Origin: an uncultured Clostridia bacterium
GTDB taxonomy: Bacteria; Bacillota_I; Bacilli_A; RF39; UBA660
Reading direction: 5' to 3'
DNA length: 64,000 nucleotides
Assembly: GCA_947165945.1 (NCBI GenBank)
Contig: CAMVCF010000002.1
Location: 1,057-65,056, forward strand
Part shown: positions 9,649 to 20,184 of the stretch, piece by piece
Position numbering within the stretch: position 1 is the first letter of the stretch
How the letters are laid out: every line of letters begins with the position of its first letter
The notes under the pieces: model-generated
The model's input: the letters and a program-made list of their open reading frames with translations, nothing else
Told to the model about the DNA's origin: nothing
Database searches by the model: none
Position numbers and translations under genes: made by a program

Positions 9649-11952
9649 ATGATAGGATTAATTAGAATGCTTAATGTAGTATCAATAATAAAAACTGCTC
9701 AAAACGTATTTAGAAGTTTATTTCTTTGGATAGATATAGCAATTTATTGGGTTGTTGAAAATATTTTTCAATTAATTATGGATTTAGCTCATTTTCAATT
9801 ATTTACAACAGGACAACTTAGAAGTTTTGCTAACCGTATTTATATTATTTTAGGACTTGTAATGATCTTTAAATTAATGATCTCATTCTTTCAAATATTT
9901 ATTAATCCAGATAACTTTGATAATAAAGAAAATGGAATTGGAAATATCTTAAAAAGAGTTGTTATAAGTTTAGTATTAATAGTTTTAGTTCCATCTATTT
10001 TTGATCTAGCAAGAAGAGCTCAAGATGAAATTGTTAAAGTAATACCTAAAGTAATACTAGCAGTTGATGCAGACATTTCTAATGATGATGAATTAGTACA
10101 AAGTACAGGAAGAACAATGGCTTGGTATTCTTTCTTACCATTTTTCTACTATAATAATGATGAATGTGCTGCATCAAGTGGATATAGATTATATGGTACT
10201 ATAGAACCACCTCCAGAAAATACCATTTATTATGTTGGACAACTAAATGCAGGAGATGCAACAGAAGCATGTAGTTTTTCATCAGATGGTTATGCATATC
10301 GATATAATTTTATTTGGGCAACAGTTGTTGGAGCATATTTAGTATATGTTTTAGTAACAATTGCTGTAAAAATAGCAATTCGTGCAATTAAATTTAGTTT
10401 ATGTGAAATTATTGCTCCAATTCCTATTTCTAGTTATATTGATCCAAAACAATCTAAACAATCTTTTGATAAATGGGTAAGTACATCAATTAAAGTTTAT
10501 TTAGATTTATTTATAAGAATAATGGTTGTTTACTTTGTTATTTATATTTTCCAAATGCTATTTGTTGGAAATAACGGAATGGGAAGTAAATTAAATGAAA
10601 CATTAGGTCAATATGATAATAACTGGGTAAGAGGCTTATTAGTAATTCTATTTATCATTGTAGGACTTCTTCAATTTGCAAAAGATATGCCTAAATTTGT
10701 TTCTGAATTAATTGGAGTACCAGATGGATTCAGTGATATTAAAGATATGTTTACAGGGGCTGGATGGAAAGCTCTTGGAGGTACAGCTGGAATGGCGGCC
10801 GCACCATTTACTACAGCAGTTGGTAATTATAGGTATGCTCGTAAAAATGGAGAAAACCGTGGAATTGCTTTAAAAAGAGCTTTAAATGGTGGTATTGCTT
10901 CTCTTGGGAGAGGGGCTGCAGCAATGGCAAATGGTAAAGGTTTTAATGATACCTTTTGGAATAATGTTGCTACAACAACTGGAAATTCACATAGACACAC
11001 TAATAAGAGGGCTATTAATAAATCATTAAAAAATAATAGAAGACGTGCTTTAGAGCATCAAGCATCTTTAATAAGTGATCTAGATGCAAAAGAAAGTAAC
11101 TTAGTAGCCACAAGAACAGGTATTGCAGATAGAATGGTGGAATTACGAAATAGAGATTCATATTTGCAAACAAGGTTAGCGAATGCTCGTATGTTTGGTA
11201 ATTCTGATGATATAGATGCAGCAGAAGAGGATATAAGACAAAATAATGCACAATTACAAAGTTTGTATAATTCATATGAAAATATAGAAGGAAAAATAAA
11301 CGAGATACAAGAACAAAGAAAGAGTGTTGAAAAGATGTACATTCCTAAACAGCCAACTCCAATAAAGGATTCTGTTATTAATTCTCTTAATCGTGCTCAA
11401 GGATTATCATCTGTGTCATCTCAAACACTTTTGGATGCTTCACAAAAATTATCTTCTATTCGAAGCGCATATTATACAGGCGAAGCAATGAAAAAGCTTA
11501 AAGAAGAGGGAACAAAACTTGACGATAAAAAATTTGATCTAGTTGATGGAAAAGGCAATATGATTTCTGCAACATACTCTGAAGTGGCTTCAGCATTAAA
11601 AACGTTAGATACAAAAGATAGTGTTACAATTGGTGGAAGAGTGTATACTAAGGATGACTATCAAGTTGTGCAACAATTGTTTTCTAATGCCGAAAAAGAT
11701 GCCGCACAGGAATATATTAGAAGAGTTGAGAGTGGAGATATTATAAATACGACAATTGAAGAAGGAATAAAACAAACAGAGGCGCTTCTTGCTGGATTAC
11801 AAATTGATAGAGTTACTATGAATGAGTTAAATGATTTATGGAAGAAAGATAAAGGTGCATTTTATAAGAAAATATCAGATATTTCAAAACGTCTAGAAAC
11901 TGAAGGTAATAATTTACAAGCATATGAACGTGCTAAAAAAGGTGATAGCTAA
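9649..11952 (+). CDS. VirB6/TrbL/PrgH/TcpH-like polytopic T4SS membrane protein with a long coiled-coil C-terminal domain
   Basis: Multiple TM helices fill the first ~430 aa, followed by a Q/N/E/K-rich coiled-coil tail. The start was moved from the track TTG at 9637 to the ATG at 9649 because RBS GGAGG at 9639-9643 fits it better. Confidence 0.6.
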   Translation: MIGLIRMLNVVSIIKTAQNVFRSLFLWIDIAIYWVVENIFQLIMDLAHFQLFTTGQLRSFANRIYIILGLVMIFKLMISFFQIFINPDNFDNKENGIGNILKRVVISLVLIVLVPSIFDLARRAQDEIVKVIPKVILAVDADISNDDELVQSTGRTMAWYSFLPFFYYNNDECAASSGYRLYGTIEPPPENTIYYVGQLNAGDATEACSFSSDGYAYRYNFIWATVVGAYLVYVLVTIAVKIAIRAIKFSLCEIIAPIPISSYIDPKQSKQSFDKWVSTSIKVYLDLFIRIMVVYFVIYIFQMLFVGNNGMGSKLNETLGQYDNNWVRGLLVILFIIVGLLQFAKDMPKFVSELIGVPDGFSDIKDMFTGAGWKALGGTAGMAAAPFTTAVGNYRYARKNGENRGIALKRALNGGIASLGRGAAAMANGKGFNDTFWNNVATTTGNSHRHTNKRAINKSLKNNRRRALEHQASLISDLDAKESNLVATRTGIADRMVELRNRDSYLQTRLANARMFGNSDDIDAAEEDIRQNNAQLQSLYNSYENIEGKINEIQEQRKSVEKMYIPKQPTPIKDSVINSLNRAQGLSSVSSQTLLDASQKLSSIRSAYYTGEAMKKLKEEGTKLDDKKFDLVDGKGNMISATYSEVASALKTLDTKDSVTIGGRVYTKDDYQVVQQLFSNAEKDAAQEYIRRVESGDIINTTIEEGIKQTEALLAGLQIDRVTMNELNDLWKKDKGAFYKKISDISKRLETEGNNLQAYERAKKGDS

Positions 11953-11977
11953 GATGAATATAAGGAGTGTGATATAG

Positions 11978-12307
11978 GTGCAAAACAATCAATATTTGAT
12001 ACCTGCAAATACAAAAAAGGGGAGTTTGATATTTGGAATTTTTCATAGGGTTGATCTTATTATTTTTGGAGTAGGAGTAGGAACAACGCTTTTGGCTTTG
12101 ATAATTGCTTCAACGTTTAATATTTTAGATAATTATTCATCTTTGTTAACGCTTGTTCCTGCACTTGTTGCAGTATTCTTGGTTTTTCCATTTCCAAATT
12201 ATCATAATATAAGAACTGCAATAGGAGAGCTTTTGGCTTTTTATACGAATAGACAAAAATATGTTTGGAGAGGTTGGTGTTCTAGTTATGAATTCAAAAA
12301 TAAATAA
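11978..12307 (+). CDS. PrgI/TcpE/VirB3-like small T4SS membrane protein
   Basis: 109 aa with two adjacent TM helices, positioned between the VirB6-like and VirB4 genes. GTG start with RBS AAGGAG. Confidence 0.5.
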   Translation: MQNNQYLIPANTKKGSLIFGIFHRVDLIIFGVGVGTTLLALIIASTFNILDNYSSLLTLVPALVAVFLVFPFPNYHNIRTAIGELLAFYTNRQKYVWRGWCSSYEFKNK

Positions 12308-12875
12308 TACACAAATAAAAAATAGTAATCAAAAAAATACTTCTAAATATACTGAAGATTGGATTGATGTAAAAGGAATTCAAAATGGAATGATTTTACT
12401 TTCGGGTAATGAAAAAGTTACAGGAGTAAAGATTTTTCCAAGAAATATCTTTATTCTTGATCCAGTTGGTCAAGAAGGAATATTAAATGCAATGCGAAAT
12501 TTTTATAATTTATTAAATTTTGAGTTTTGGATGATTGCAGCTGATAGACCTGTTGATATATCTGTATATCTTTCTCAACTTCAAATAATGCTTCAAAATG
12601 CTCAAACACCAGGACAGGCAAAGATAATTGCTCAAGATATTGATAAAGCAAATATGTTTGTTAATAACCAAGTAGTTGATACAGAGTATTACATTTTATT
12701 TAAAGAAAAGAGTCAAGATGAAATTGCTAGAAAAATTCGTTTATTGATCAATGGTCTTGGTAATGCTGGACTTAATGCTAGTCAAACGACAAATGATGAT
12801 TTAAGAACAATTCTTGATAATTTCTTAAATGGTGGGGTTAGAACTGATTTTGGAACGGTGGTGTTAAATAGATGA
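12288..12875 (+). CDS. T4SS protein resembling the N-terminal region of long-form Gram-positive VirB4 ATPases
   Basis: The pattern ..DWIDVKGIQNGMILLSGNEKVTGVKIFPRNIFILDP..QEGILNAMRNFYNLLNFEFWMI resembles the N-termini of VirB4/PrgJ/Orf16-type proteins. An ATGA overlap couples it to the ATPase ORF. ATG 12288 is preferred over 12261. Confidence 0.45.
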   Translation: MNSKINNTQIKNSNQKNTSKYTEDWIDVKGIQNGMILLSGNEKVTGVKIFPRNIFILDPVGQEGILNAMRNFYNLLNFEFWMIAADRPVDISVYLSQLQIMLQNAQTPGQAKIIAQDIDKANMFVNNQVVDTEYYILFKEKSQDEIARKIRLLINGLGNAGLNASQTTNDDLRTILDNFLNGGVRTDFGTVVLNR

Positions 12876-14659
12876 GTATTTTTAAAAGTGAAATAGCTCC
12901 TAAGGGATTACATTTTAATCCAAGTGATTTTAATATAAGTGATAAGTATGCAACTATTTTAACTGTTATTTCTTATCCAAGATTTATAACTCCTGGTTAT
13001 CTTGCAGATCTTACTAATATTGCAGGAATTAAAGTAGTTATTAAACATATTCCAGTTCCATTTTCAATGATTCAGAAAATGATCAATAAGCAAATTGCTG
13101 ATTATCGTCAACGTTATCAAGAAGAACGTGATAGAACAATGCAAGAGAGAATTCGTCAAGAATCAGAAACTTTAGAGTACTTTGTTCAAATGCTTGCTGC
13201 AAATCAATCAACAATCTTTGATTTTCAAATGCATATTATGATTACAGCAGATTCTAAAGAAGAATTAGAATTAAAGAAAGCAAATGTAAAAAATTATTTA
13301 GATTCTATGGAACTTCGTGCAGTTACTTTAAGATTTGAACAAGAAACTTTATTTAAATCAATGTTACCAATTTTTCCTAAACAAAAGATAGAAGAAAGAA
13401 TTGGAACGATTATTCCATCTGTTACAGTTGCTGGGATGTATCCTTATGTATTTGATAGTATTAAGGATCCAGGTCTTTCTAATTTAATTGGAGTAGATTT
13501 TTCTGGAGGAGTTATCTTATTTAATCAATTTTTATATAAAATGCGTAAAGAAACTAATCGAAATGATGCTAATATGATAATTCTTGGAAGTTCAGGGTCA
13601 GGTAAATCTACAGCAGCTAAATTACTTCTACGTGGTCATATTAGAAATGGATGTCAAATTGTTGCAATTGATCCAGAAAATGAACTAGAAGAAATGACAG
13701 CCCTTTTTGGTGGAGAAACAATTGATCTTGGAAAAGGTGGAAATTTTGGTATGATTAATCCGCTTGAAGTAATTTTAGATGTAGATGAAGAGGAAATTGC
13801 ATCAGGACTTGGTCATACAGTTTTAACAAGAACTTTACAGTTTTTAAAAGCTTTTATGAGATATTATTATCCAGATATTGAAGATGACGTGCAAACTTTA
13901 TTAAGTGAAATTGTACAAGATACATATAGAAGATTTGATATTAATTTTGATACTAATTTTATGAATAAAACTAGTAGGGATTTTCCAATATTTTCTGATG
14001 TTTATGAAACAATTAGAGGAAGACTTATTTCAATGACTGAAAAAACTCATGAACGTGATGTAATGGAACGTTTGGAACTTAAAATAAGACCTTTTGTTAG
14101 AGAATTAAGTTATTATTTTAATGGTCATACAACAATTAGACGTGATAGTAATTATATGGTATTTAATATTAAAGAATTAATGAATCAAGATACTAATATT
14201 AAAAATGCTTTATTCTTTAATATTCTAAAGTTTGCTTGGGGATTATGTTTAGATAAAAAACGTGATACTATTCTAATGGTTGATGAAGCCCATGTTCTTC
14301 TTGAGGGAAAAAATGTGCTTGGAGCTGATTTCCTTGCTCAAGTACAAAGACGTAGTCGAAAATATAATACAGGAACAATAATTATTACTCAACAACCAAC
14401 TGATTTTTCTGATCCTAGTGTTATAACTCAAGGAAGAGCTATTTTTGGTAATGCATCATATTATATGATCATGCAACTTAGAAAACAAGCAGTAGAAGAT
14501 TTAAGTCATTTAGTAGATTTAAATGAAAATGAAATAGAGAGTATAAAACGATATAATCAAGGACAAGCATTATTTGTATGTGGATCTAGAAGAATGCAAA
14601 TTGATATTGTTGTAACTCAAGATGAGTTAGATTCCTTTGGATCAGGTGGAGGATTATAA
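12872..14659 (+). CDS. VirB4/PrgJ/TraE-type T4SS ATPase
   Basis: 595 aa with Walker A GSSGSGKST, Walker B ILMVDEAH, and the conserved N-terminal IAP..L.F....F.I.DKY...L.V..YP pattern. Confidence 0.85.
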   Translation: MSIFKSEIAPKGLHFNPSDFNISDKYATILTVISYPRFITPGYLADLTNIAGIKVVIKHIPVPFSMIQKMINKQIADYRQRYQEERDRTMQERIRQESETLEYFVQMLAANQSTIFDFQMHIMITADSKEELELKKANVKNYLDSMELRAVTLRFEQETLFKSMLPIFPKQKIEERIGTIIPSVTVAGMYPYVFDSIKDPGLSNLIGVDFSGGVILFNQFLYKMRKETNRNDANMIILGSSGSGKSTAAKLLLRGHIRNGCQIVAIDPENELEEMTALFGGETIDLGKGGNFGMINPLEVILDVDEEEIASGLGHTVLTRTLQFLKAFMRYYYPDIEDDVQTLLSEIVQDTYRRFDINFDTNFMNKTSRDFPIFSDVYETIRGRLISMTEKTHERDVMERLELKIRPFVRELSYYFNGHTTIRRDSNYMVFNIKELMNQDTNIKNALFFNILKFAWGLCLDKKRDTILMVDEAHVLLEGKNVLGADFLAQVQRRSRKYNTGTIIITQQPTDFSDPSVITQGRAIFGNASYYMIMQLRKQAVEDLSHLVDLNENEIESIKRYNQGQALFVCGSRRMQIDIVVTQDELDSFGSGGGL

Positions 14660-14673
14660 AATAAGGAGTAAAG

Positions 14674-17241
14674 GTGGTGAGTCGTATGAATGAACAACAA
14701 AGAATTATAGAAGAGGAAAATCAAAGGCAGATTATCTCTGATATGAATCGAAATAATGAACAAATGCATAGTCAAATGAATCAACAAAATTATGCGACTC
14801 AACCTAATCATAATTTGTCATCAGGAAATGCACAAATGAATAGAAAGGTCCAAGAAAAAGAAGCTGTAAAAAAAGTTGGTGCGACAGCATCTCGTGCTGG
14901 ACTTGATTACGTAACTGGTGGTAAATATGAAAATTTAAGGAATAAACCAATTATAGGTGGAATGGCTAAAAAAGCAGAAAATAGAGTTGGAAATACACTT
15001 TCAAAGTTACCTGGCTCTAAAAAGTTAGGAGGTTTAGCCAAAAAAGCTGATGATGTTGGACTTGTAGATGGTGCAAATAAAGCTATGGATGCTGTTGGAG
15101 GAAAAAAGCTATCTCGAGATAATGTAAAAAGTGCCGTTCCTAGTGCACTTTTAAATAAGAATAAAAATAGGATGTTTCAAAATAAAAAAAGTATAGAAAG
15201 TGCCAAAGAAGAAACTGAAGATAAAAATTTAGATGAAACTGAAAGTAATGATGAAAATGTTGTTGAAAAAGCAGTTAAAATTAAAAAATTATTACCAATT
15301 TTATCTATAATAGCAGGATTTGTAGCTGTGGTATTTATTTTATTGATTCCTATTATAGTTATATTAAATATTATTCCATCTATTTCTAATTTTGGAAGTA
15401 TATTTAATAGTGCTGAAGCAGAAGATTATTATATTTATTCAGATGATGATCCAATGCATCAAAGTGAGGTTAATTATAATAATGCTATTGTTGGATCTAG
15501 TGATGGTAGTGTAAAGGGAATTATTCAAGAATATAAAGAAAAATATAATGTTTCTTTAGATCCGGCTTTATTAAATGCAATTATAGTTTATAGGTATATA
15601 ATTACTAATGAAGAAGGACTTTTTACAAGTCATGGAAGTGAAGATTTAATTGATTCTGAAAGTAGTGATGAAATTACTTCTACAAACTATACAGATGCTA
15701 AAAAAAAGATTGATACTGTTGCTAAGCTTATGTTAATAAATAAAGGCGGTTATTATACAACTGATAGTGAAATTGGTGGAGAAGTGTATAATAAATTAAT
15801 TAACGATCGTTTTTTGACAAGTTATTATAAAGATGTTTTAACTGGTACAGGATATGACGCAAGAAAAGAATTAGTAGATAATATTTTTGAATATGCAAGT
15901 AATGCTAAAGAAATATTTATAGATCAAGAAGATGTAACTGTAAATGGTGGAGTTGTATCAGATTATTCGCTTATTCATTTGCAAACATGTAAACAACCTT
16001 ATACTTATCAAACAGTAAATGGATTACAAATTTATAATAATCCAGCATGGAATGAAAACACAACTTATCCAGATTATTTGAATATTAAAGATTATTTAAA
16101 AGGGGTATTATATTCTGAAATTGGAATTTCAAGTGATTATAAAGAGGCAATGAAAGCTCAAGCAATTGCTGCTTTAACGTATTTAATTCATGACTCGCAT
16201 AGTGGATTTAATTTAAAAAGTGGTGAGATGTATTTTCCATCTGGTACATGTAGACAAGCAACTTGTTCTCCAACAGATGGTTGTACTTCAAAAGTTGAAG
16301 AAACATCAACCTCTCCAGTATTACATACTTTTTATGCTGGAACAGGAAGATTTACTGATTTAGATCCTAGTAAACATGAAGGAGAAAAAAGAGCTTTAAA
16401 TGAATCTGAAAATGAAGTTTTAGATGAAGTATTAAATGATATATTCGGAAAAATAATGGTTAAAAGTGGTATAACTAGTGCTAGTTTTTCTGGAAATAAA
16501 GATGTTATTTCTTCAAGTTATTTAGATAGCTGTAGTGCTGGTTCCTGTTTTTCTCAACAAGATGCAATAAAAGATGCAAGAAATGGAATGAATTATACAG
16601 ATATTTTAAAAAAATATTATTCAAATTATGATTTTGATATTATTGATATTAGAGAAGGACTTTATTATCAATCAACTGGACTTAATTATAATGGAACAAT
16701 TAATTTAAAAGAGGCTTTTCATTATCATCAAGGTGATGGTGAATGGGCTAGTGTTAATTTGTGTGATAGTGGGCCAATTCGTAGGAACGGATGTAATATA
16801 ACATCAGCTGCAATTGCTATTTCTTTGTTAACTAATCAAAGAATTACTCCTAAAGTTTTGAATGATCGGCAAAATGAAATTGCAACTTGTCTTGATTCAT
16901 CTCGTTATTTAATGATAATGGATTTTGCAAAATTATATGGATTAAATCCAGTAAGAATTGATAAATATAATACAAGTGAAGTAAGTGATATGCTTCAAAA
17001 ACTTGCAACTGGATCTTATGTTGCTGTTGCGCGTCTTGCAAGTAATAGTGGACGTTACTCAACTGGCTCTGGACACTATATTGCGTTAGTTGGTTCTAAA
17101 AATGAAAATGGTGTAGATAGGGTATTAGTATGGGATCCTGGTACTAGTAATTCCTCTCGAGATAATTATTGGGCAGATTTAAACGTTGATCTATTACCAC
17201 ATTTACAACCTAATTATTCATTTATATTAATAGGGAGATAA
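14674..17241 (+). CDS. T4SS-associated cell-wall hydrolase (VirB1 analogue, PrgK/CwlT/TcpG class) with a SpoIID-like domain and a C-terminal papain-like cysteine peptidase
   Basis: 855 aa. A Q/N/K-rich cytoplasmic N-terminus is followed by one TM. The SpoIID-like motif is YLKGVLYSEIG..YKEAMKAQAIAALTY. The C-terminal Cys/His pair is NGCNITSAAIAIS ... SGHYIALVG ... VWDPG. Confidence 0.7.
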   Translation: MVSRMNEQQRIIEEENQRQIISDMNRNNEQMHSQMNQQNYATQPNHNLSSGNAQMNRKVQEKEAVKKVGATASRAGLDYVTGGKYENLRNKPIIGGMAKKAENRVGNTLSKLPGSKKLGGLAKKADDVGLVDGANKAMDAVGGKKLSRDNVKSAVPSALLNKNKNRMFQNKKSIESAKEETEDKNLDETESNDENVVEKAVKIKKLLPILSIIAGFVAVVFILLIPIIVILNIIPSISNFGSIFNSAEAEDYYIYSDDDPMHQSEVNYNNAIVGSSDGSVKGIIQEYKEKYNVSLDPALLNAIIVYRYIITNEEGLFTSHGSEDLIDSESSDEITSTNYTDAKKKIDTVAKLMLINKGGYYTTDSEIGGEVYNKLINDRFLTSYYKDVLTGTGYDARKELVDNIFEYASNAKEIFIDQEDVTVNGGVVSDYSLIHLQTCKQPYTYQTVNGLQIYNNPAWNENTTYPDYLNIKDYLKGVLYSEIGISSDYKEAMKAQAIAALTYLIHDSHSGFNLKSGEMYFPSGTCRQATCSPTDGCTSKVEETSTSPVLHTFYAGTGRFTDLDPSKHEGEKRALNESENEVLDEVLNDIFGKIMVKSGITSASFSGNKDVISSSYLDSCSAGSCFSQQDAIKDARNGMNYTDILKKYYSNYDFDIIDIREGLYYQSTGLNYNGTINLKEAFHYHQGDGEWASVNLCDSGPIRRNGCNITSAAIAISLLTNQRITPKVLNDRQNEIATCLDSSRYLMIMDFAKLYGLNPVRIDKYNTSEVSDMLQKLATGSYVAVARLASNSGRYSTGSGHYIALVGSKNENGVDRVLVWDPGTSNSSRDNYWADLNVDLLPHLQPNYSFILIGR

Positions 17242-17243
17242 AT

Positions 17244-17954
17244 ATGAAAAAAATTATTGTTTTGCTTATTCCATTTCTATTAACAGGGTGTGCAAGTGTT
17301 ACTTATAATTTAGATATAGAAAAAAATTTAACTGTTACTGAAAAAGTAAATATAACAGGAACTAAAGATTATTTTGATGGGTATTATATGAATTTACCAA
17401 TTACAGTGGTAACTCAAAACTATGAATCAAAATTTATGGATCCTATAAAGAATAATAATTATCGTTATGAATTAAGAAAAAACAATATGCCATATCCTAG
17501 TGTCTTTGTTTCAAAGCATTATAATTCATTAAAAAATTATTCACAAGAGACAGTTTTTAAAGGCCAATCATTTGAAGATATTGTAATAGACGAGAATGAT
17601 AATTTAATTACAATTAAAACTTTAGGATTTTATCCATATGCACCGGATGATAGTGATGGAAGTTTAACTAGATTTCCAATAAGTGATTTATTAGTTCATA
17701 TAAAACTTCCTTTTATTGTTACTTCAAATAATGCTGATAGTGTAGATAAAAAAACTAATACATATACTTGGCTTATTACTAGTGAAACTAAAGAAAAAGA
17801 AATTAATATAACATTTGATAAAACAAGAATATATATATATAATTTAGCTATGTATATTTCAATTGGAATTATTTCTTTATTAGTTATTATTTTAATAATT
17901 TATTTACTTAAAATTAGAAGAAAAAATAAAGATAATAATAGAATAGGAGCTTGA
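17244..17954 (+). CDS. Lipoprotein with a C-terminal TM anchor (T4SS accessory or exclusion candidate)
   Basis: The signal peptide and lipobox are MKKIIVLLIPFLLTGC. A C-terminal hydrophobic helix is followed by RRKNK. Confidence 0.6.
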   Translation: MKKIIVLLIPFLLTGCASVTYNLDIEKNLTVTEKVNITGTKDYFDGYYMNLPITVVTQNYESKFMDPIKNNNYRYELRKNNMPYPSVFVSKHYNSLKNYSQETVFKGQSFEDIVIDENDNLITIKTLGFYPYAPDDSDGSLTRFPISDLLVHIKLPFIVTSNNADSVDKKTNTYTWLITSETKEKEINITFDKTRIYIYNLAMYISIGIISLLVIILIIYLLKIRRKNKDNNRIGA

Positions 17955-17955
17955 T

Positions 17956-20184
17956 ATGAATTTTAAATTTAAATTTGATGAAAAAGATGTAAAAAGATTT
18001 TTACTTGTTTGCATACTTCTTTTATATGTTGTTGCGATTGCTGTTTCTAATTTATCTAGTGTAACTTCAACTGGAAATTTTACTTGGTTTGATCCATTTC
18101 CTGCATTTTCCAAAGAATTATTTTCATCAACGATTTTATTTTATCTTATAACACTTTTATCTTTAATGATAAGTACTAAGAATAATATTTTTGACTTTTT
18201 TAAAAAAAGTGAAAAATTAGATGGATACAGTAAATGGTGCGATGCTAAAGATATGAAAGCAGAGCTTAAGATGATAAGACCAACTGATGCTAAAACTGAT
18301 GCAGCGGGAATTGCTCTTATTAATGATGGAAAAAAGATTTGGGTAGATAATGGTGATTATCATAATTTGATTATTGGATCAACTGGATCTGGAAAGACCC
18401 AAGATATTATATTTCCAATGATAGAAATTCTTGCTAAACATGGTGAATCAATGATTATAACTGATCCGAAGGGTGAGTTATATGAAAAGAAAAGCAATAT
18501 GTTAAGATCCAAAGGATATAATATAGTTGTTTTAAATTTTAGAGATCCAGGTCGAGGAAATGCTTGGAATCCAATGAGTTTACCATATAATTTATATAAA
18601 AGTGGTAATCGTGATAAAGCCATGGAACTTTTAGATGATCTAGCTTTAAATATTTTGTATGATGAAGGAAATAAAAATGCAGATCCATTCTGGGAAAAAA
18701 CAAGTGCTGATTATTTTTCAGGTCTTAGTTTAGGATTATTTGAAGATGCAAAAGAATCTGAAATTAACTTAAATAGTATTAGTTTAATGACAACTGTTGG
18801 AGAAGAAAAAATAGGTGGTAGTACTTATATAAAAGAGTATTTTAATTTAAAAGATCCAAGTAGTTCTGCATATATAAATGCATCAAGTACTATTCTTGCA
18901 CCAAGTGATACTAAGATGAGTATTCTGGCTGTTTTTAAACAAAAAATTAAATTATTTGCTTCTCGTGAAAATTTATCAGAAATGTTATCTTATAGTGATT
19001 TTGATATTTCCGAAATAGGTAAAAAGAAAACGGCTGTTTTTATTATAGTTCAAGATGAAAAGAAAACATATCATAGTTTGGTAACTATATTTATTAAGCA
19101 AGTTTATGAGACTTTAATTGATGTTGCTCAATCGTCCCCTCATAATAAACTTCCTATTAGAACAAATTTCTTGCTTGATGAGTTTGCTAATATGCCACCT
19201 CTTAAAGATGTAACAACCATGATTACAGCAGCTAGAAGTCGTGCAATGCGTTTTACTATGATTATTCAAAACTTTGCTCAGTTAAATGAAGTGTATGGAG
19301 AACAAAATGCTGAGACTATTAAAGGTAACTGTGGTAATACAATTTACTTGATATCAACTGAACTTAAAGCTTTAAAAGAAATAAGTGAAATGTGTGGAGA
19401 TGTTAAAGTTAAAACTGGTAAAAAAGATGCTGAAGGAAAAGATATAGAAGAAACAAGACCATTAATTACCGTAAGTGATTTACAGAAAATGAAAATGAAT
19501 GAAGTTATTGTAAGAAGAATTCGTCTTGCACCATTTAAAACTAAATTAACTCCTGAATATAAAATGGAATGGGAACATAAGTATAAAGAAACAAGTGTTA
19601 ATAATATTAAACAAAGAGATAGAAAAAATGTTGAAATGTTTGATGTTCGTGAATTTGTAAAAAAAGAAAAACAAGACTCAAATCCATTCGGAAGTATGCC
19701 AACATTTCCAGGAATGCCATTTGGAGGTGGAATGGATTCGCCTTTTTCTGGAATGTTTGATTCTAAACCAAGAAATGATGTTAATAGCAAAATAGATGTT
19801 GATAAGATTCTTGCAAACTTAGATGCAAAGATTGCAGAAATTGAAGCCGAAGAAAAGAAAATTGCCGAAGAAGAAAAAGAAGATGAAGAAAATACTCATG
19901 CAACTATTGAAAAAGAAAATAATACTGCTAGTGATAATATAGATCCTTCTACTCCAATTAAAGATGTAATTGATTCAATTGATGAAGATTTTAATCCTAT
20001 TTCAAAAGATAATGATTATAAAAAAGAAGATAATTTAGAAAATGTTGATTTACTTGTTGATAAAATAAAATCTGTAAACAAGGATTCTAAAGATTCTATA
20101 GTTAATAAGGTAAATGAAGTAGAAAATAATAAATATCGTGAAGTAAGTGATGATGAATTCTTTGATGATTTCTTTGATTCTTAG
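17956..20184 (+). CDS. VirD4/TraG/PcfC-type type IV coupling protein
   Basis: 742 aa with N-terminal TM helices, Walker A GSTGSGKTQ, Walker B FLLDEFANMP, and an acidic C-terminal tail ending DDEFFDDFFDS. Confidence 0.85.
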   Translation: MNFKFKFDEKDVKRFLLVCILLLYVVAIAVSNLSSVTSTGNFTWFDPFPAFSKELFSSTILFYLITLLSLMISTKNNIFDFFKKSEKLDGYSKWCDAKDMKAELKMIRPTDAKTDAAGIALINDGKKIWVDNGDYHNLIIGSTGSGKTQDIIFPMIEILAKHGESMIITDPKGELYEKKSNMLRSKGYNIVVLNFRDPGRGNAWNPMSLPYNLYKSGNRDKAMELLDDLALNILYDEGNKNADPFWEKTSADYFSGLSLGLFEDAKESEINLNSISLMTTVGEEKIGGSTYIKEYFNLKDPSSSAYINASSTILAPSDTKMSILAVFKQKIKLFASRENLSEMLSYSDFDISEIGKKKTAVFIIVQDEKKTYHSLVTIFIKQVYETLIDVAQSSPHNKLPIRTNFLLDEFANMPPLKDVTTMITAARSRAMRFTMIIQNFAQLNEVYGEQNAETIKGNCGNTIYLISTELKALKEISEMCGDVKVKTGKKDAEGKDIEETRPLITVSDLQKMKMNEVIVRRIRLAPFKTKLTPEYKMEWEHKYKETSVNNIKQRDRKNVEMFDVREFVKKEKQDSNPFGSMPTFPGMPFGGGMDSPFSGMFDSKPRNDVNSKIDVDKILANLDAKIAEIEAEEKKIAEEEKEDEENTHATIEKENNTASDNIDPSTPIKDVIDSIDEDFNPISKDNDYKKEDNLENVDLLVDKIKSVNKDSKDSIVNKVNEVENNKYREVSDDEFFDDFFDS

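Noticed and set aside
10796-10803. GCGGCCGC (a NotI site) and the locally GC-rich segment inside the VirB6-like gene
   Set aside because: It encodes a Gly/Ala-rich stretch (GGTAGMAAAPFTTAVG). The composition is explained by the amino-acid content, and there is no codon-position anomaly like the one at 510-640.
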